The notes: generated by a model not told the origin, from the letters alone. DNA of 64,000 nt from the human T2T-CHM13v2.0 reference genome, Homo sapiens (GCF_009914755.1 NC_060936.1); one strand, 5' to 3'. Shown: positions 1 through 14,724, numbered from the stretch's first letter. A program made the numbers and translations.

Positions 1-2384
1 TCTGGTTTTCTACGTCATATTTTTCAATGTGTTGAAAAAAGAAAAAGGGGAGTCTGGCTTTCAAGAAAATAATAGTCTTAAAATTCTCTGCTAGGTGAGA
101 GTTACATGGATCTGGATGGATTTACCTATTGTTTTTCTTTTGTGGCTTGAACCATCCAGTATAGCAAGCAGAAAGGAATTTTATTATTCTGCTTTGACAC
201 TGGAAACAGTAGCTCAGCACAACACTTCCTACAGGCCCTCAGTGTGTCCAAGTCTTTCGTATACATTATTTAGCACTCACAAAAGCTCTGTGAGATTGGT
301 GAAATGGCCCCCATTTTGATGTGAATATATTATAGCAACTCTGAGATGTATGTCAAGGTTCCCTAGGGATCCCACTCAGGTCTCCTCACTTCAAGTCAGA
401 TATATTTTGAGCCACTACTCAGCTTCTGGACTCATCTGGAAAGAGGCATGGCTGTGAAAAGAGAATGGACTTGGCTCAAGAGCAAGTCAAGAAACCAACC
501 AGGTAAAGACTGAAAACATTGAGGCTAGCCCAGCCTCAAGACATCAGTGTATATTGGGACCATTAATTGTACAGCGTCTGCTGGGACAATGATGTGCACA
601 TCACAGCCTAGTGGGTTGAATAAATGAGTGAATGATACATGTATTTGCCTCTCTCTCTGGAAGGCAGAGTAAATATATGGAAGTTTGTCCAAAAGAATGA
701 ATATTTCTAAACATAAATTGAAATGCTAATTTCGAATAGATCCCTTTGCCTTCCTTTCTGAAAATGAATTTTGATCTAACTAATTAGATTGTTCCTATAA
801 CTTAGGTAAATTTTTCAACCTTATTTCAAGTGTTAACTTTTGAGGACTGGAATATAATGATGAGTGACCACATGCCCTGATAAATCTTGAGCTTACCAGC
901 ATAAAAAGGAAACTGCATAAGCTTGTGTAATTTATCAGAATTACCAAAAGAAAACTGGCACGCAAACCAACAATTTTCCATTAGCTTGAATTGTTTGCTA
1001 GATAGGAAAGTCAGTTAAGAACAAATCTTCATATTCTAATAAAGATTTTACTTCACATAGGTAGCTTTACATGTTATCAAGGAATGGCACTCCCTTTTTA
1101 ATAGATTAAAGGCATCAAACAAAGGGTTTACAATTGAACAGATCCAGTGCTATCAGAATTTGCTTTCTCAAGTGTAAAATATTTCAGACCATAGATAAGA
1201 GTCAGGGTAAAGATAAAAGTAGTATCTACAAATAGGTTAAAAAATTAAAAACTTGAAGGAAGTAAAGACCCAAAAAACTTTTAATTATAAATTATTGAAA
1301 ACAAACACCAACCATGAAGGAATAAGGTTAAAAAAGTATGGCATATCAATTCAGTGGATATATGATATTATGAATTATGATGCTGATGTCTCTCTATTTT
1401 TATACATGTTTCCATGTCATTCAATTTATGCATCATACTCTTATCTAGAAGAGAAAGAAGGACTTAATGAGAATCACAGATGCAGAGCTACATGTATTCG
1501 CATAGAAAAATGTCCAAAAGTATTGTTGACTAGAAAGGCCAAGTTGAGGACATTATGTCCAATCGCATTTACATGTACATGTTCATAGAAAGAAGTCCCA
1601 AAGGCAAAATGTAAATCTTATCTTCAGGACAAGATTTTGTCTTCAGCAAAATATAAATAAATGGTGGCTGTCTTCAGAGAAGGGGAGTTCAAGTGATTTC
1701 TACTGTCTTCTTTGTGCTTTTCTGCACTATTTGAATTTTTATATGAAGCATATATCACATTTTGGAAGAAAGAAAGCTAGACGGCATTAAAAAAAAAAAA
1801 AGCAGAGTAATAATCATTAGCAGTAGTGGCAGCAGTTGGTTTGAAAAAGTAAAAACCTTTCTCAACAGAATAACAGATTTGTAAAGGCACTTCAATTTGG
1901 TGGCCTTGTGTTAAATTATTTTTTCTACCACTTGAATGGTGTGTATAAATATAGGCTCTGAATGGAATTCCACCAAGATATTAAGATAAAAAGCAGAATA
2001 TAAAGATGAAATTTCAGCCAAACATCTGAAACCTTAGTCTAAATAATACCAAATGTTTATCTGTTTTCTATCATGTACGAAAAGTACATAAATAATGAAG
2101 TTTTCATTTGTCATGCAGACATTGTTAGAATTATCGAGCTACAGCCCAGAGGGAAGGGAATGAGGTAAGGGTGTTTTATTTTGCTCCTGTTTTTTTGGAG
2201 ACATTTGTAAGCAAAAGAAGTAACAGGGTCAGTAACATCTCAAACACAAAGGAAGTTTCAATGCACAGGACATCATCAGATATATGTTTCAGACCTAGTG
2301 ACAAAATTCAAACAGCACTTCATTGTTAGAAATAGAAGATTACCCAATGCTCAAATCCCAGTTTGATGCTCAAGAGATACAAGG

Positions 2385-3244
2385 ATATAGGGAAAAAACC
2401 AAACTGTTGCTTCCTGCTCTCTACTCTGTACTCTCGCAGTCAGTCAACACTTCTGACACCAGGTGTGTGGGTGTTTTTCTAACATACCAACCGAAACAAG
2501 TCTGCAAGGAATTCTCCTGTGGGCACTGGCTGGGTATGTTCTAATTCAATCCAATTATGACACTATCTACCTAGAGATAGCATCAGATACCACAGGTTGA
2601 TGGCTCAGTCCCACAGGATTACCCCCCTCTTCAGATGCCAGTCACGAGCAAGTTGTGACCTGTGCTTCTGACCCATGGCACCTCCTTTGGTTTGATTAAT
2701 TTGCTAGAGCAGCTCACAGAACTAAGAAAAATGCTTTACTTATGTTTACTGGTTTATTGATATAGAATATAATATAGGACACAGGTGAACAGCCAGATGG
2801 AAGAGATGCGTGGGGTAAGGTTTGGGGGAAGAGGTGGGAGCTTCCATGCCTTCCCCATGCGCACCACCTTTGGGGAACCTCCATGTGTTCAGCTATTTGG
2901 AAGCTCTCTGAACCCTGTCCTTTGGGGTTTTTATGGAGACTTTATATGTAGACATGATTGATTACCATCATTGGCCATTGCAGATCCACTCAACCTTCAG
3001 CACCTTTCTCCTCCCCAAAGGTTGGGGAGTGGGCTGAAAGTCCTAACCCTCTCATTGTGTTTTGGTCTTTTCAGTGAGCAGGCCCATCCTGAAGCTACCC
3101 AGGGGCTGGCAGCTACTGGCCATCTCATTAGCATACAGTGACACTATTGTCACTCTGGAGACCCCAGAGGTTCTAGGAGTTGTGTGTCAGGAAGCCGGGA
3201 GGAAGACCAAAGATATATATCTTATTAGAAACCACAATATCTCA
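2385..3244. mobile_element. MER21-family solo LTR (MER21C-like)
   Basis: Resembles the recalled consensus (CAACACTTCTGACACCAG; TGACACTATCTACCTAGAGATAGCATCAGAT...GCTCAGTCCCACA). Boundaries approximate. Confidence 0.75.
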
Positions 3245-3894
3245 AGAGGTTTAAGATTTAAATGGTTATCTTTCACTTTATCTATTCAGAAATTTGGTCT
3301 GCAAGAGTTTAATGTTATAAAGATTAGCAGACAACTAGAGAGAACTAGATTTTGGATTAAGCAGGAACAACTCTCCTCCCTGACGATTTATTATTCTCTG
3401 CCTTGAATAAGCACTGGCATTAGAAAGCTAAACCACAGAACACATACAGAATATTAGTATTCAGTAAATAATCATGATTGCAGTCACCAAGTGCAGACAG
3501 TCTGCAGTGGGAGTGTTCCCGGTCTCCCTTAAAATACTGCAGCTGTTACATTAATGGGTGAGGATCCAGGGTAATATCAAGGAACAAAGATTGTTGAGTT
3601 TGATTAGTTCTAGTGGATGTCATCTTCAAAATGCAACTAATTTGATAATACCAGAGCATTTCTGAGGGAAGAAGGAAAACAAGGATAATGTTATGTAAAT
3701 AGACATTATTATTTTCATCTCTTTGGATGAAACCGTTGACATAAACCATTCTAGAAGCAAAATGAAGCAAGGAAGTGAGAAATGAGTGAAGCAGCCCTTT
3801 CTGTCTGTAAATAATTGCAGGGTGGGCTGACAGCTCTGGGCCAGAGGCTGTAGAGTGGGCCCAAAGCAGGCTGGCTTCCCCCTAGTAATTGTCA

Positions 3895-4130
3895 TAGTAG
3901 CTAGCATTTATGGCATGTTTAATATATTCCAGGCCCTTTCCTAGCTGTTTCACATGGATTATGTAATTTAATCTTCACTGCCATCCTGCAAAGTAAGTAC
4001 TATTATCACTGTCATTTTACAGATATGAAAATTGAAGCTTGGGAACGTTAGGCAACCTCTCAAGGTCACACAGCAAGGAGCGGAGCTGGCATTTGGACTC
4101 AGGCCTACGGCCTCCTGAACACACTACATT
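3895..4130 (-). mobile_element. MIR SINE
   Basis: CATTTTACAGATATGAAAATTGAAGC...CAAGGTCACACAGC is the reverse complement of the MIR core. Confidence 0.8.
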
Positions 4131-4833
4131 CTATTGTTTCTAAAAGCTTGCTAGGTAAGAAGGGCCTTATTATTTATAATCCACCAGGGGCTTCATCCTC
4201 TAGTTTCAAATTGAGCCGCTTTTTTTCTAATTTGATGGCTTAGAAATAGTCACTGTCAAGCCAAGACCATTTTTATGCTGTTGTGTTTGAAATACTCTCC
4301 TTCCACCTGTCTCCTTTCCCACCTCCCCTAGTTCTTAAAGCTGGTCTACAGAAGAATTAAATATCTACCTAATTTGAAAACAAGAGGGAAGGATGGCCCT
4401 GGAAATGCTTAGAACTAAAATTTGGGTTTTGAACCTACTGGCAGTATTCTTGCCTTACTCAGTCTAGTGACTTGAAGATGGCCAGTGGACATTAAATGTT
4501 CCTGGAGACTTGAATCACTATTAAAGCCCAACTCATCCGTGGTTCAAATTCTTTTATAAAATAAGAACAAAGTTTACGCAGGTAGTAAATAAGTGGTAAT
4601 GCATATTCAGCACTCAAGTCAGGCTTGATTATTTCCACTAACCTAGAGAAAGGTTAATATGAGAGTGTGCATCCAATTTTCCTGCTCCCATTGAGGGAAA
4701 TAAGGTGGTTTCATCTAGACGTTTGAGCCTCAACTCTTTCTACTTTTTAGTAAATAATTTGTTTGTTCTCATTCTTTGGAAGATGAATTCTTTTTGAAAA
4801 CATTGACCTCTTTTATCGCTTTTGGTTGTCTAT

Positions 4834-5244
4834 TGTCTTTGTCCATTGTCTGTTGCTGTAACAGAATACATGAGACTAGGTAATTGTTTTAAAAAAGAAA
4901 TTCATGTCTTACAGTTCTGGATGCTGGGAAGTCCAAGGTCGAGGGTCTGCCTCTGGTTGCTTCTGGTGAGGGCATTGTGTTGTGTCATAACTGGCAGAAA
5001 GCATCACAGAGAGCCAAACTGGCTTTTATAACAGACCCGCCCTCTGATAACTAAACCAAGCCTATGATAACACATTAATCCATTAACCCATTAATCCAGT
5101 AATCCATGAATGGATTAGTCCGTTCATGAGAGCAGAACCCTCATGACCCAATCACTTCTTAAAGGCCCCATTTATTAATATGGTTACACCGGGGATTGTG
5201 TTTCAGCTTGAATTTTGGAGGGGAAAAACATTCAAACCATAGTA
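4834..5244 (-). mobile_element. MaLR solo LTR (MSTC/MSTD/MLT1A-like)
   Basis: Contains TTACAGTTCTGGATGCTGGGAAGTCCAAGGTC and CATTAATCC repeats, and ends ACATTCAAACCATAGTA. Confidence 0.8.
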
Positions 5245-6287
5245 AATGTCTAAATCAGGACATTACATTTTTCATTAATGGTAACTATTACCATCAGAAT
5301 TACTGAAATTTATTTGTAGAGAAAATTTCAGATGTCCTCAAGATATCCTCAAGGTGGTCACAATTCTGTTAATAAATTATTAATCAAAGTGCTAGATCAC
5401 TGAGATTTTAGTTAAGAAATCATTCTAAAAGTTCTCCTACTAAATCTGATAAAATCATTTTTCAGAGAGAATACAAATTTAAAAGTATAGTGTTGAGCAA
5501 TGGAACTCATAACATTCATGTCTGAGTGCTAGGTTAGACCTAGAAGATGCTGAAAAATCTATAGTTTGAGTGGATAGGCACAATGGTGCTTCTTATTATT
5601 AAAATAGAAAAAGTGACTAAAACATCTTTTTCCAATTGGAGAGGTCTTGTTTCCTTTACCGTATTCAGCTTCCATAATGAAATTTGTATTCCTGCTTTAG
5701 TTTTTGTATCTTGTCCAGATTTTTACTCAAAATATTAGTCAAGTCATGTATTTTCACTGTTTCTCACTATTTAATTAGGTCCAAAATCTAACCATTTTAT
5801 TAAGTACAGATGAATTACCAATATGTCTTCATGAACGACTCCTGGGAGATAATGAGCAAGGGGAGATTTCTATTAGGAAGAAGAAAGAACTGAACTAGTG
5901 AGCTGGATCTACATGTCTCCTGCTAAATTTAAAGGCTGCCTGGTTCTTTTTGCTTGTTAAAAGTCAATTAAGCAACAGGTTTTTATTGAGCATAAAATAT
6001 TCTGGGCAAGGTAATGTGCTAGATATATTGCAACATAGTGGGAAGGGTAACACCCCACGTTTAAGAATTTAAGTCAGGAGATGAGAAATATGTACATAAA
6101 AGTATTATTAAGAATATAAGGTAATTCAAAGCAGATGGAGAATAAGAAGAAAAGAATATAAGGTAAATGTGAAATATTAGTATGAGCAGTAAGTGCTGAA
6201 AGAATTCAGAGACTAAGAGTTTGCTTCTGGGTAATCTGGAGAGACTTCATGGAGGAGGCAGGATCCAATATGTACTGGGAAGGATGG

Positions 6288-7915
6288 TGTGGTGGCTGAA
6301 TTAGTTGCCTAACCAGCATCTATTCACTCTTCTTTTCATACTTTAGAAACCATCCCACATACAGCACACTTGTTTCAGGGAAAGCAAACTCCCTCTTAAG
6401 CTCCAAGGGAGAATCCTAATTAGTCTAATGCCAAGCCAGTGATAGTAACATCTCTTCCCTCCCCTCCCTCATGATTCATTCAGAGAACTAGGCTTATGCC
6501 AATCAGTAAATTGTAGTTCCTTAGCAATTGGCATTGATCTAGGAATGGGCACAGGAGTGCAGCACACTTATCTCAGGAAAAGCAAACTCCATCCAAGTTT
6601 GGGTCCAAGCAGTCTAAGAGGAAAGATGTTTATTTCATGATTGGGCATCAGATTGGTACTCTCTCCCACTGGACATGAAAAAGACATCATCAGTTGCCCC
6701 AGTTTCTTCTGGTGACCATGTTAAGAGATGGCATGAAGACAAAGCTGATACCTGCAGGAAGGCTGAGGCTGGAGAACAGGGGAGATGCAGATCTGGAGCC
6801 CGTTCCTGTGGTGCCTGAAGTTTGATCTGCCTCCAGATCACCTATTGTGTGAAACAATATATTCTCTCAATGCTCTAGCCAGTGAGAGAAAGGCTTTCTG
6901 TAACTTTCAGCCAAAATCATCCTGTCTTCAATAGTAGAGTGGACATAAGCCGGTTGCCCTCTTGGCATTTCTTTCCCTTTTTTCTTGGCAACAGAACCCT
7001 GGTTTTATTTTGGAGATCCCTCCTCCACCATTTTGCCATGTGGTTTGAACAGGAGAGATGTTCTTTCAGCTCCAGATGGCAGTTCTCTGGATGCAGTGAT
7101 TGATTCAGACATGGGCACAGGAGAAACAAGGAAAATTTGCTGAGGCTTTTGAAAAGAAGTTTTTGCTCTTTTGCATGGGAGCTGCCAGATACATGGTTCT
7201 CTATTCTCCTGGATGGCCCATGAGCAACGGGGGCCTGTGTTAGTTTCCTAACACTTCTGTAAGAAATCACCACAAACTGGCTGTCTGCAAACAACAGACA
7301 TTTATTCTCTCATAGTTCTCGGGGCTGGAAGTCCAAAATCGAGGAGCTGACAGGTGATGTGCCTTCTGAGGTGCCTCTGAGGCTTTAGGGAAGAACTCTT
7401 CCTTCCATCTTCCTAGCTTCTGGTGGTTGATGGCAATCCTTGGTGTTCCCTGGCTTGTGGCTGCCTCAGTCAAATATCCGCCACTGTCCTCACCTGGCCT
7501 TCTCCCTCTGTGTCTCTAAATCCATATTCCTTTCTTCCTGTAAGAACACCAGTCACCGGACTAGGACCCATCCTAATTCAATATGACCTCATCTTAATGC
7601 AATTACACTGCCAAGATCCTATTTCCAAATAAGGTCACATACTCAGGTCCCAGATGGACAGGAATCTGGGGGGAACACGATTCAACTGAGCACAGGGTCT
7701 AGAACTCTTGCAGCCATTTCTGCTATTCTGAAGGAAACCAGCCTGAGAATGAAATCAACACACAGAGCCAAGATCATCTCAAAATAAATGACATCATGAA
7801 CTTCTGAATCAAACTGTGCCTGAATGTGCTTTACTTTGGACTTTTAGTTTACTTGAGCCAAGAAATTTCTTTTTGTTTAATCCACTTTGTGTTGGGTTTT
7901 CTTTTGCTAGTTACA
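6288..7915 (+). mobile_element. Old ERVL/MaLR-type LTR fragments (LTR33-like), interrupted by an MLT1 LTR
   Basis: Degenerate LTR-type 3' ends (GGCTTTCTGTAACTTTCAGCCAAA near 6890-6915; GTTGGGTTTTCTTTTGCTAGTTACA near 7890-7915). Family and boundaries uncertain. Confidence 0.4.
7236..7694 (-). mobile_element. MLT1B/C MaLR solo LTR
   Basis: Begins TGTGTTAGTTTCCTA...CACCACAAACTGG and contains CCTATTTCCAAATAAGGTCACA. TSD GGGCC/GGGTC. Confidence 0.85.
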
Positions 7916-8399
7916 AAAATATTTTAATGAATAAAAGTGGATATGAATTTGGTGACAGGAGGAAAAGCTCTTGCTGAACAATAGAAAATGGCATGAGAAA
8001 AAAATCAAGAGGATAAAATAAAAGGAGTGTTGGAGAAAAGGTTTGGCTAGAGGAGAGTATTCATTAGTGGAGCAGGGGACATAAAGGTGGATAGTTTAGC
8101 TAGTGTAAGTTTTTGGAGGTCTGTAAATGTCAAGTTAAATAATTTGAACTTTTTCTATAGAGCAGATGGTGTCTATAAGACAATTTTTGAACAAGGAAGT
8201 TGAATCAATTAATGTGCCACTGAAGTGCAGGCTATTTTGGAAGGGGACAGATTAGGAGAAGAAGTATTAATTGCAAGAGGCTAGAATCAGATTAAAATGT
8301 GTTGCTCTGATGTTTCCCAATTCAATCAAGCGTCCAGCCATAGATCGTAATTTCTGGACTGGGATTTAGTCCATGCCTATTCCTCTGAACTCATTCCGT

Positions 8400-8830
8400 C
8401 CCACTTGCCCACCCTGATCTTCTTCCTGTCCCCAGAAGAGACCACAATGATTCTACATTTGGGCCTTTGCATTGGCTGTTTCCCCGGCCTGAAATGCTTT
8501 TTCTTCTTGATCTTTGTATGTCTGGCTCCTTCTTGTCATTCAATTCTCAGGTCAGCTGTTAACCTCATCAGAGAGGACTTTCCTGACCGGTCGGTCTAGG
8601 GTAGCCACCTGTCCCTCTCTATCATACTGCCCTACTTTGATTCTTTACAGCATTAGCACCACCTGCTATTTTATTATTTATTTATTTATTTATTTATTTT
8701 TTAGTTCTTCCTCTCCCCTAACTACAAAGTAACCTTCAGAAGAGTAAGGAACTTGGCAGTCTTTTCATTGCTGTATCCTTAGAACCTAGTAGGAGCTCAG
8801 TAATTACATCTTGTATAAATGATTAAGTAA
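8400..8830 (+). mobile_element. L2 LINE 3' fragment
   Basis: GGGCCTTTGCATTGGCTGTTTCCCCGGCCTGAAATGCT...GCTGTATCCTTAGAACCTAG. Confidence 0.65.
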
Positions 8831-10329
8831 TATATTTAGCTATGAAGTTTTAAAGTTGCTGAAATATTGAATAAATACATAAATTCTAGAAGAGTGGCAA
8901 AATTAAATGATTTTGCCAACTGAGAGATAAATAAAATATTTTAAATATAAATTTTACTCAAAAAGCAGGCAGGCGTGGAAGAACTAAAGTATGTAAGTAT
9001 TTTTCTCAATGTTCCAAAGAAACGAGGATAATTTTTAAAACATCGCTCTTGTCTCTTTAGGCTGTTTCCACCAGAAATGCCTTGGGCATAAAGAAAAGCC
9101 CTGGGGAGCTTTGAGGGAATGTATTTAAGCCTTTCTGTTTCCATTTTTCCCCAGTGGCAGTTTCATTTCAAGGCCAGTGTTCTATAACTAGCTCTAGGTT
9201 TCTAGAGCAATCTACGTCTCTGAAATGATTTGGAGTAAGACACATTCTCTGTTTTATTGTATCTATGATGGAACCCCTCCTCCCTCCCATTTCTTCTCTA
9301 GTAAGTAGAAACTTGTGTGTTATTTGCCTCCACAAAAGGGGTTTTGACCTTAGCATGAAGCTATCCTACCATTAATCATTATCTTCTTTTCCTTGAAATA
9401 CGCCATGGGGCATTTACCAGCCCATTATGAAAAATTTTTGTCACATAGAATGAAGCCCAAACAAGCCTTAGCAAAGTAATAAAGGGGAGCATTCTATGAT
9501 GCAGAGAACTTCCTAAGGCTGCCTTTCTTTATTAGTCTCCCAGGCTGCAATTACTTATAATATACCAGTGTGACTTTTTCTGAGATTATAATGAATGAGC
9601 TTATGTATATTACTGATTTGCCTCTTTAAGCTGAATTGGCTGGTAAATAATTTGAAGTTGCTTATCCAGGCCATGCGGAAAAATACTAGAGTGTTGACTT
9701 GAAGGAATGGGCCAGCCTGGGTGAACTGGCTACTAAATTCAAATGATAAATATAATAATAGCTCAAAAGAGATACACATGATACACATCTGAATTCACTG
9801 CCAGTCAAGTTTGGGAATGAAATTCTAAAGGCTTCATGATTTTGGTTTGCTAAAACGTTTGTAGTGAATACTATTTGAAATTACTAGTATGTTGGCTGGG
9901 ATTTAGAAATCTTTAAGTCACGCAGAAGTTTTTGTTTTTCTCCCTCCCTCCCTCCTTCCTCTTAATAGTTTCATTACTTATAATGGCATTTAATCAGGGA
10001 TGTCTTTTGAATAAATACCCTTAAGGAAGGCCTCTTTAAAAGTAAGAACTTCAAGGGAATTAATGGAGTTATATAATAATGAAATACATTTTATAACTAT
10101 TTGCATAGTTTAAAATGTTTGACCAGTACCATGCATTTTCAAATTAAATAATCTTTTCTTTTTCTTTTTCCTGGAGAATATGTAGTTCTGTCATAACTAC
10201 TGTAATTTGTAAAAGTTGTAAAGAACCATTTTAAATAGGCTAAGATGTATACTGGAAAAGTTAATGTACCACAAACTAAATATGTGTAAGTTTATCATGA
10301 GATGTGTGTGTATTTTAGAAATCTCAGCA

Positions 10330-10680
10330 AAATTTTTGCATTTAATTGAGCAGTCACATTGGAAAGCTATTAATTTATTTCAGCAATGTTGCATTTTCCA
10401 AAATATTTTTGGGCTGTGTCTTTGTAATTAAGAACTTATAGCATGTTCTTTTGAATATTGTTAATGGCAGATTTTCTTCCATCAAAGACTGATTTGAATG
10501 TTGGAAATAGTCAAAATGTATTTGTTCTTAAATCAGTTTTATAAAATAAAAGATCAACTTGTGTTATAATCTTTGGAACTGTAGACATAGCAATACAAGA
10601 ACATAGGATTTTAAAGCTATTTCATTAATTTTCTTGAGTGGTTCAGAGTGCATCTGAAGTCACTTTTCGAATTGCGATAA
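10330..10680. mobile_element. Possible ancient mariner-type relic (MARNA-like)
   Basis: Degenerate similarity around TTAATGGCAGATTTTCTTCC...GATTTGAATGTTGGAAATAGTCAAAA, from recall only. Confidence 0.4.
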
Positions 10681-11152
10681 ATATTTGTTTCCTATTTGAT
10701 TGCTGTTTAATTTACTTCTATGCTATAGAGGAAAATGTTTTAGATTCCCAGTAATCATCTGACATAATTACTCTTTTGGAGCTCAGGAATCCCTTTACCA
10801 CTGCAGTACAGAAAAGAGCATCTGCAGATATTCAGGTGTATTTTAAAGGCATCTCATCCCCCGTCCCTGCATAACTCAGATTTATGCAACAGCAAGATGA
10901 AAACTACAAAATAAAATAGAAACACACTGTTGAACTCCATGTTCCTGAGATAAAAATCTGTCTTTTAAATATGCATCTCTGAGTGCTCTACAATGAATAA
11001 AGACAAATGTATAGGGGACCAAGACTCATCATTGGTGAAACAAAAATATAATGGGAAGTTTATGGGTTGCAGGCACAGACACAGGGAAAACTGCACTTGA
11101 ATGAGAATAGGTTCACCAACCACTTCATTACTCCTGATTGTATCCACACCCT

Positions 11153-11331
11153 TGATTCATTTATTCAACAAACATATATTGAGCATCTCCTAGGTGCCAG
11201 GCACTGTTCCACTGTTCTTAAGGGCTAAGGTTCTGTCGTCGAACATACCTTTCCCTGTTCTCATGGAGCTGACATTATGGTGGCAAGGACAGACACAATT
11301 AATTAATTATATATTTTTAGATATAGTGTAG

Positions 11332-11377
<46 letters not shown>

Positions 11378-11860
11378 AGAGAGAGACAGAAAGAAAGAAT
11401 AATTATAAGTAGTTGTAAAAGGTATGAGGAAAAGTTCAGTAGAGAAGGAGATAGAAAGTGATGTGGGCATTATTTTAAAGAGGGCTCTTGGAGACAGCCT
11501 CTCTGGGCAAAGTTGGGAGGTATTTGAGGTGAAGCCTGGATGACATTACAGAGCCAGCCTTGCCAATATTGGGAGATAAGCATTCCAGGCAGAAGCAACA
11601 AACAGGAAGAGGCTCTGAGGTGGGAGGGGCAGCTTGGGGTGATTGAGGACAAGCAAGGAGACCAGGGTGAATGGAGTGGACGGAGCAGGTGGGGGCTGGT
11701 GGGAGACAATGTCTGAGATCACCAAGGGCTCAGACCGTAGCGGGTTTGAAGGCCCTGTGAGGACTTGGAATTTTTTTGGAGTACAAAAGGGGGCCATTGG
11801 AGAGATTTTAGCCAGAGCAGTGACATAATCCAATTTCATGTTTTTAAAGACTCTCCTGTT
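11153..11860 (-). mobile_element. L2a LINE 3' end
   Basis: ATTCATTTATTCAACAAACATATATTGAGCATCTCCTAGGTGCCAGGCACTGTTC...AGCATTCCAGGCAGAAGCAACA. Confidence 0.8.
11333..11376. repeat. (TG)22 microsatellite
   Basis: Direct reading. Confidence 0.97.
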
Positions 11861-11993
11861 AAATTTTGTATTTTTAAATAAATTCTCTGCATAATAATGA
11901 TACTAAAATTTATTGTTTTCCATGTGCCAGGCACTGTGCCAGGCATTTCACATGGGTGCTTAGAATAAAATCCAACTCCTTTCCATATCTTAC

Positions 11994-12475
11994 TGGTATG
12001 AGTTGAATTGGGTCTCTCCAAAAAGATCTGTTGAAGTCCCAATCTTCTCTACCTCTGAATGTTGGTCTTATTTGGAAATAGGGTCTTTAAAGAGATAATT
12101 AATTCAAACAAGGTTAAAATTAGGGTAGACCCAATCCCATATGACTGGTGTCCTTATAACAAGGGGAAATGTGAACATTGACAGATATGCGCAGAGGGAG
12201 GCCTATGTGATAAGCCACAGGGAGAAGGCCACGTGAGGTAGAGGATTGGAGTGATCAATCTACAATCCAAGGAACACCAAAGATGACAGGCAAGCCACCA
12301 GAATCTAGGGGAGAGACTGGGAACACATTCTCCCTCACCGCCCTCAGAAGGAACCACCTTGGTTCTGACACCTTGGTGTCAGACTTCTAGCCTCTGGCAT
12401 TGTGAGAATAAATATTATTTTAAGCCACCCAGTTTGTGGTATTTTCTTATGGCAAAGCCCTAGGGCACTACTACA
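11994..12475 (+). mobile_element. MLT1B/C MaLR solo LTR
   Basis: GAGTTGAATTGGGTCTCTCCAAAAAGAT...TTATTTGGAAATAGGGTCTTT...TTTAAGCCACCCAGTTTGTGG...ACTACA. Confidence 0.85.
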
Positions 12476-12489
12476 GTCTCCTTCTCCCT

Positions 12490-12920
12490 AGCCCGTTAGG
12501 GTCAGTCACACTGCTCTCTTCTATACATGCCTTCAGGCCCTCTGCTTAGAGCAAAAGCCCCAGGGTTCACCCATGGCCAGCTCCTTCCTGTCCTTCAGGT
12601 CCCAGGTCAACAGCACCTGGTCTCCTGATCTAAATAAGCACCCCACTTCTACTCCTGGGCACCCTACCCCTCTACTGAAGGACTCCCAACAGTCCCTATT
12701 TTAGTTATTTTTTTCATAATACACCCACTACCTGAAACAATCCTGTTAGTTTTTTTTTTTATTTGTTTACTGTCTGTTCCTCATCTGCTCCTGTTCTGTT
12801 CCCCACCTAGAAAGTCAGGTAAAAGAGCAGGAAGTTTGCCTTCTTCAACACAGAAATCCCAGTGCCTGTAAAATATCCTGGTACACAGTGGGCACTTAAT
12901 AAATGTTGATTGAATGAATG
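12490..12920 (+). mobile_element. L2 LINE 3' end
   Basis: Ends CCTGGTACACAGTGGGCACTTAATAAATGTTGATTGAATGAATG. Confidence 0.7.
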
Positions 12921-13348
12921 TGTAATCCGGATTCTAGTTACTCTGAGGTTTAATAGAAATTGGTGGAAGCCCCTCTCCCACATCTTGAGGAAATACCCAG
13001 GGTCCTCCTTAGATTTCTATGACTTTCTAGGGATTCACATTCCATGGGACCCTTTGGCCTGAATCTCTGTCTCACCCACACCCTGTCTCCGTGGCTGGTG
13101 CCTTCTGTGTCCTCTGCACCCACCCAGATGGGGGCACGTGGCTCCTTTCCTTGACTTCCCTCTCAAGCTACTCTGCATGAATGTGTGTGTGTGTGCACCA
13201 GACTTTTCTGAAGCTTTGGAGTAACAGAGGGAGTTTACATCACAGAAAAACAGAAAATCTAACATTAGACAGTAGACATTGATTTTCTTTGTAAAATTAT
13301 TTGGCCTCCTCACCTTTGAGAAAGTCTTCTCTGGTGCCTTTCTCCTAA

Positions 13349-13932
<584 letters not shown>

Positions 13933-14336
13933 GCAGGTAAAATTATTTTTAATTTTACTACATTTCAAACAGTTATCTCATTTTATTGTCACAATAACAA
14001 CCCAATGGAATATATCCTACTAATATCTCCATTACTTATGAAGAGAATGAGAATGGTTAGAAATTTTAAGCAATTTGATAAACATCAAATGACACTGTTA
14101 AGACTGGAACCAAAATCCTGGGCTTGTGACGTGAATAATGAATATTATATACGTATATAAAAATACAAACTTTATGCAATTATAATTACATATATTATGT
14201 ATATATACACATGTACATATGAATATATATTTTAATAAACTGTCAAATTATGTATACAATTCATCCAAAATATAATTCAGTTTACCTCAATTGTTACTTC
14301 TTTTGTCCTTATAGAGTCTTATGTTAAATTCATCAG

Positions 14337-14642
14337 GTTTGTTTGTTTGTTTGTTTGTTTTTGAGATGGAGTCTCGCTCTGTTGCCCAGGCTGGAGTGCA
14401 GTGGTGTGATCTTGGCTCACTGCAACCTCTGCCTCCCGGTTCAAGCGACTCTCCTGTTTCAGCCTCTGAGTAGCTAGAATCACAGGCATGCAGCAATATG
14501 CCTGGCTATTTTTTGTATTTTTAGTAGAGACGAGATTTCGCCATGTTGTCCAGGCTGGTCTCGAACTGCTGATGTCAAGTGATCTGCCCACCTCGGCCTC
14601 CCTATGTGCTGGGATTACAGGCATGAACCACGGCACCTGGCC
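14337..14642 (-). mobile_element. AluS with (TTTG)n tail
   Basis: Full two-arm Alu sequence. Confidence 0.93.
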
Positions 14643-14724
14643 GTCTTCAGGTATTTTTAAGGGACCTGGGAGAGTCTAATTACATTATCCTGGTGCCAAG
14701 ATTGAGGGGACCAGAAAGGCTTGA

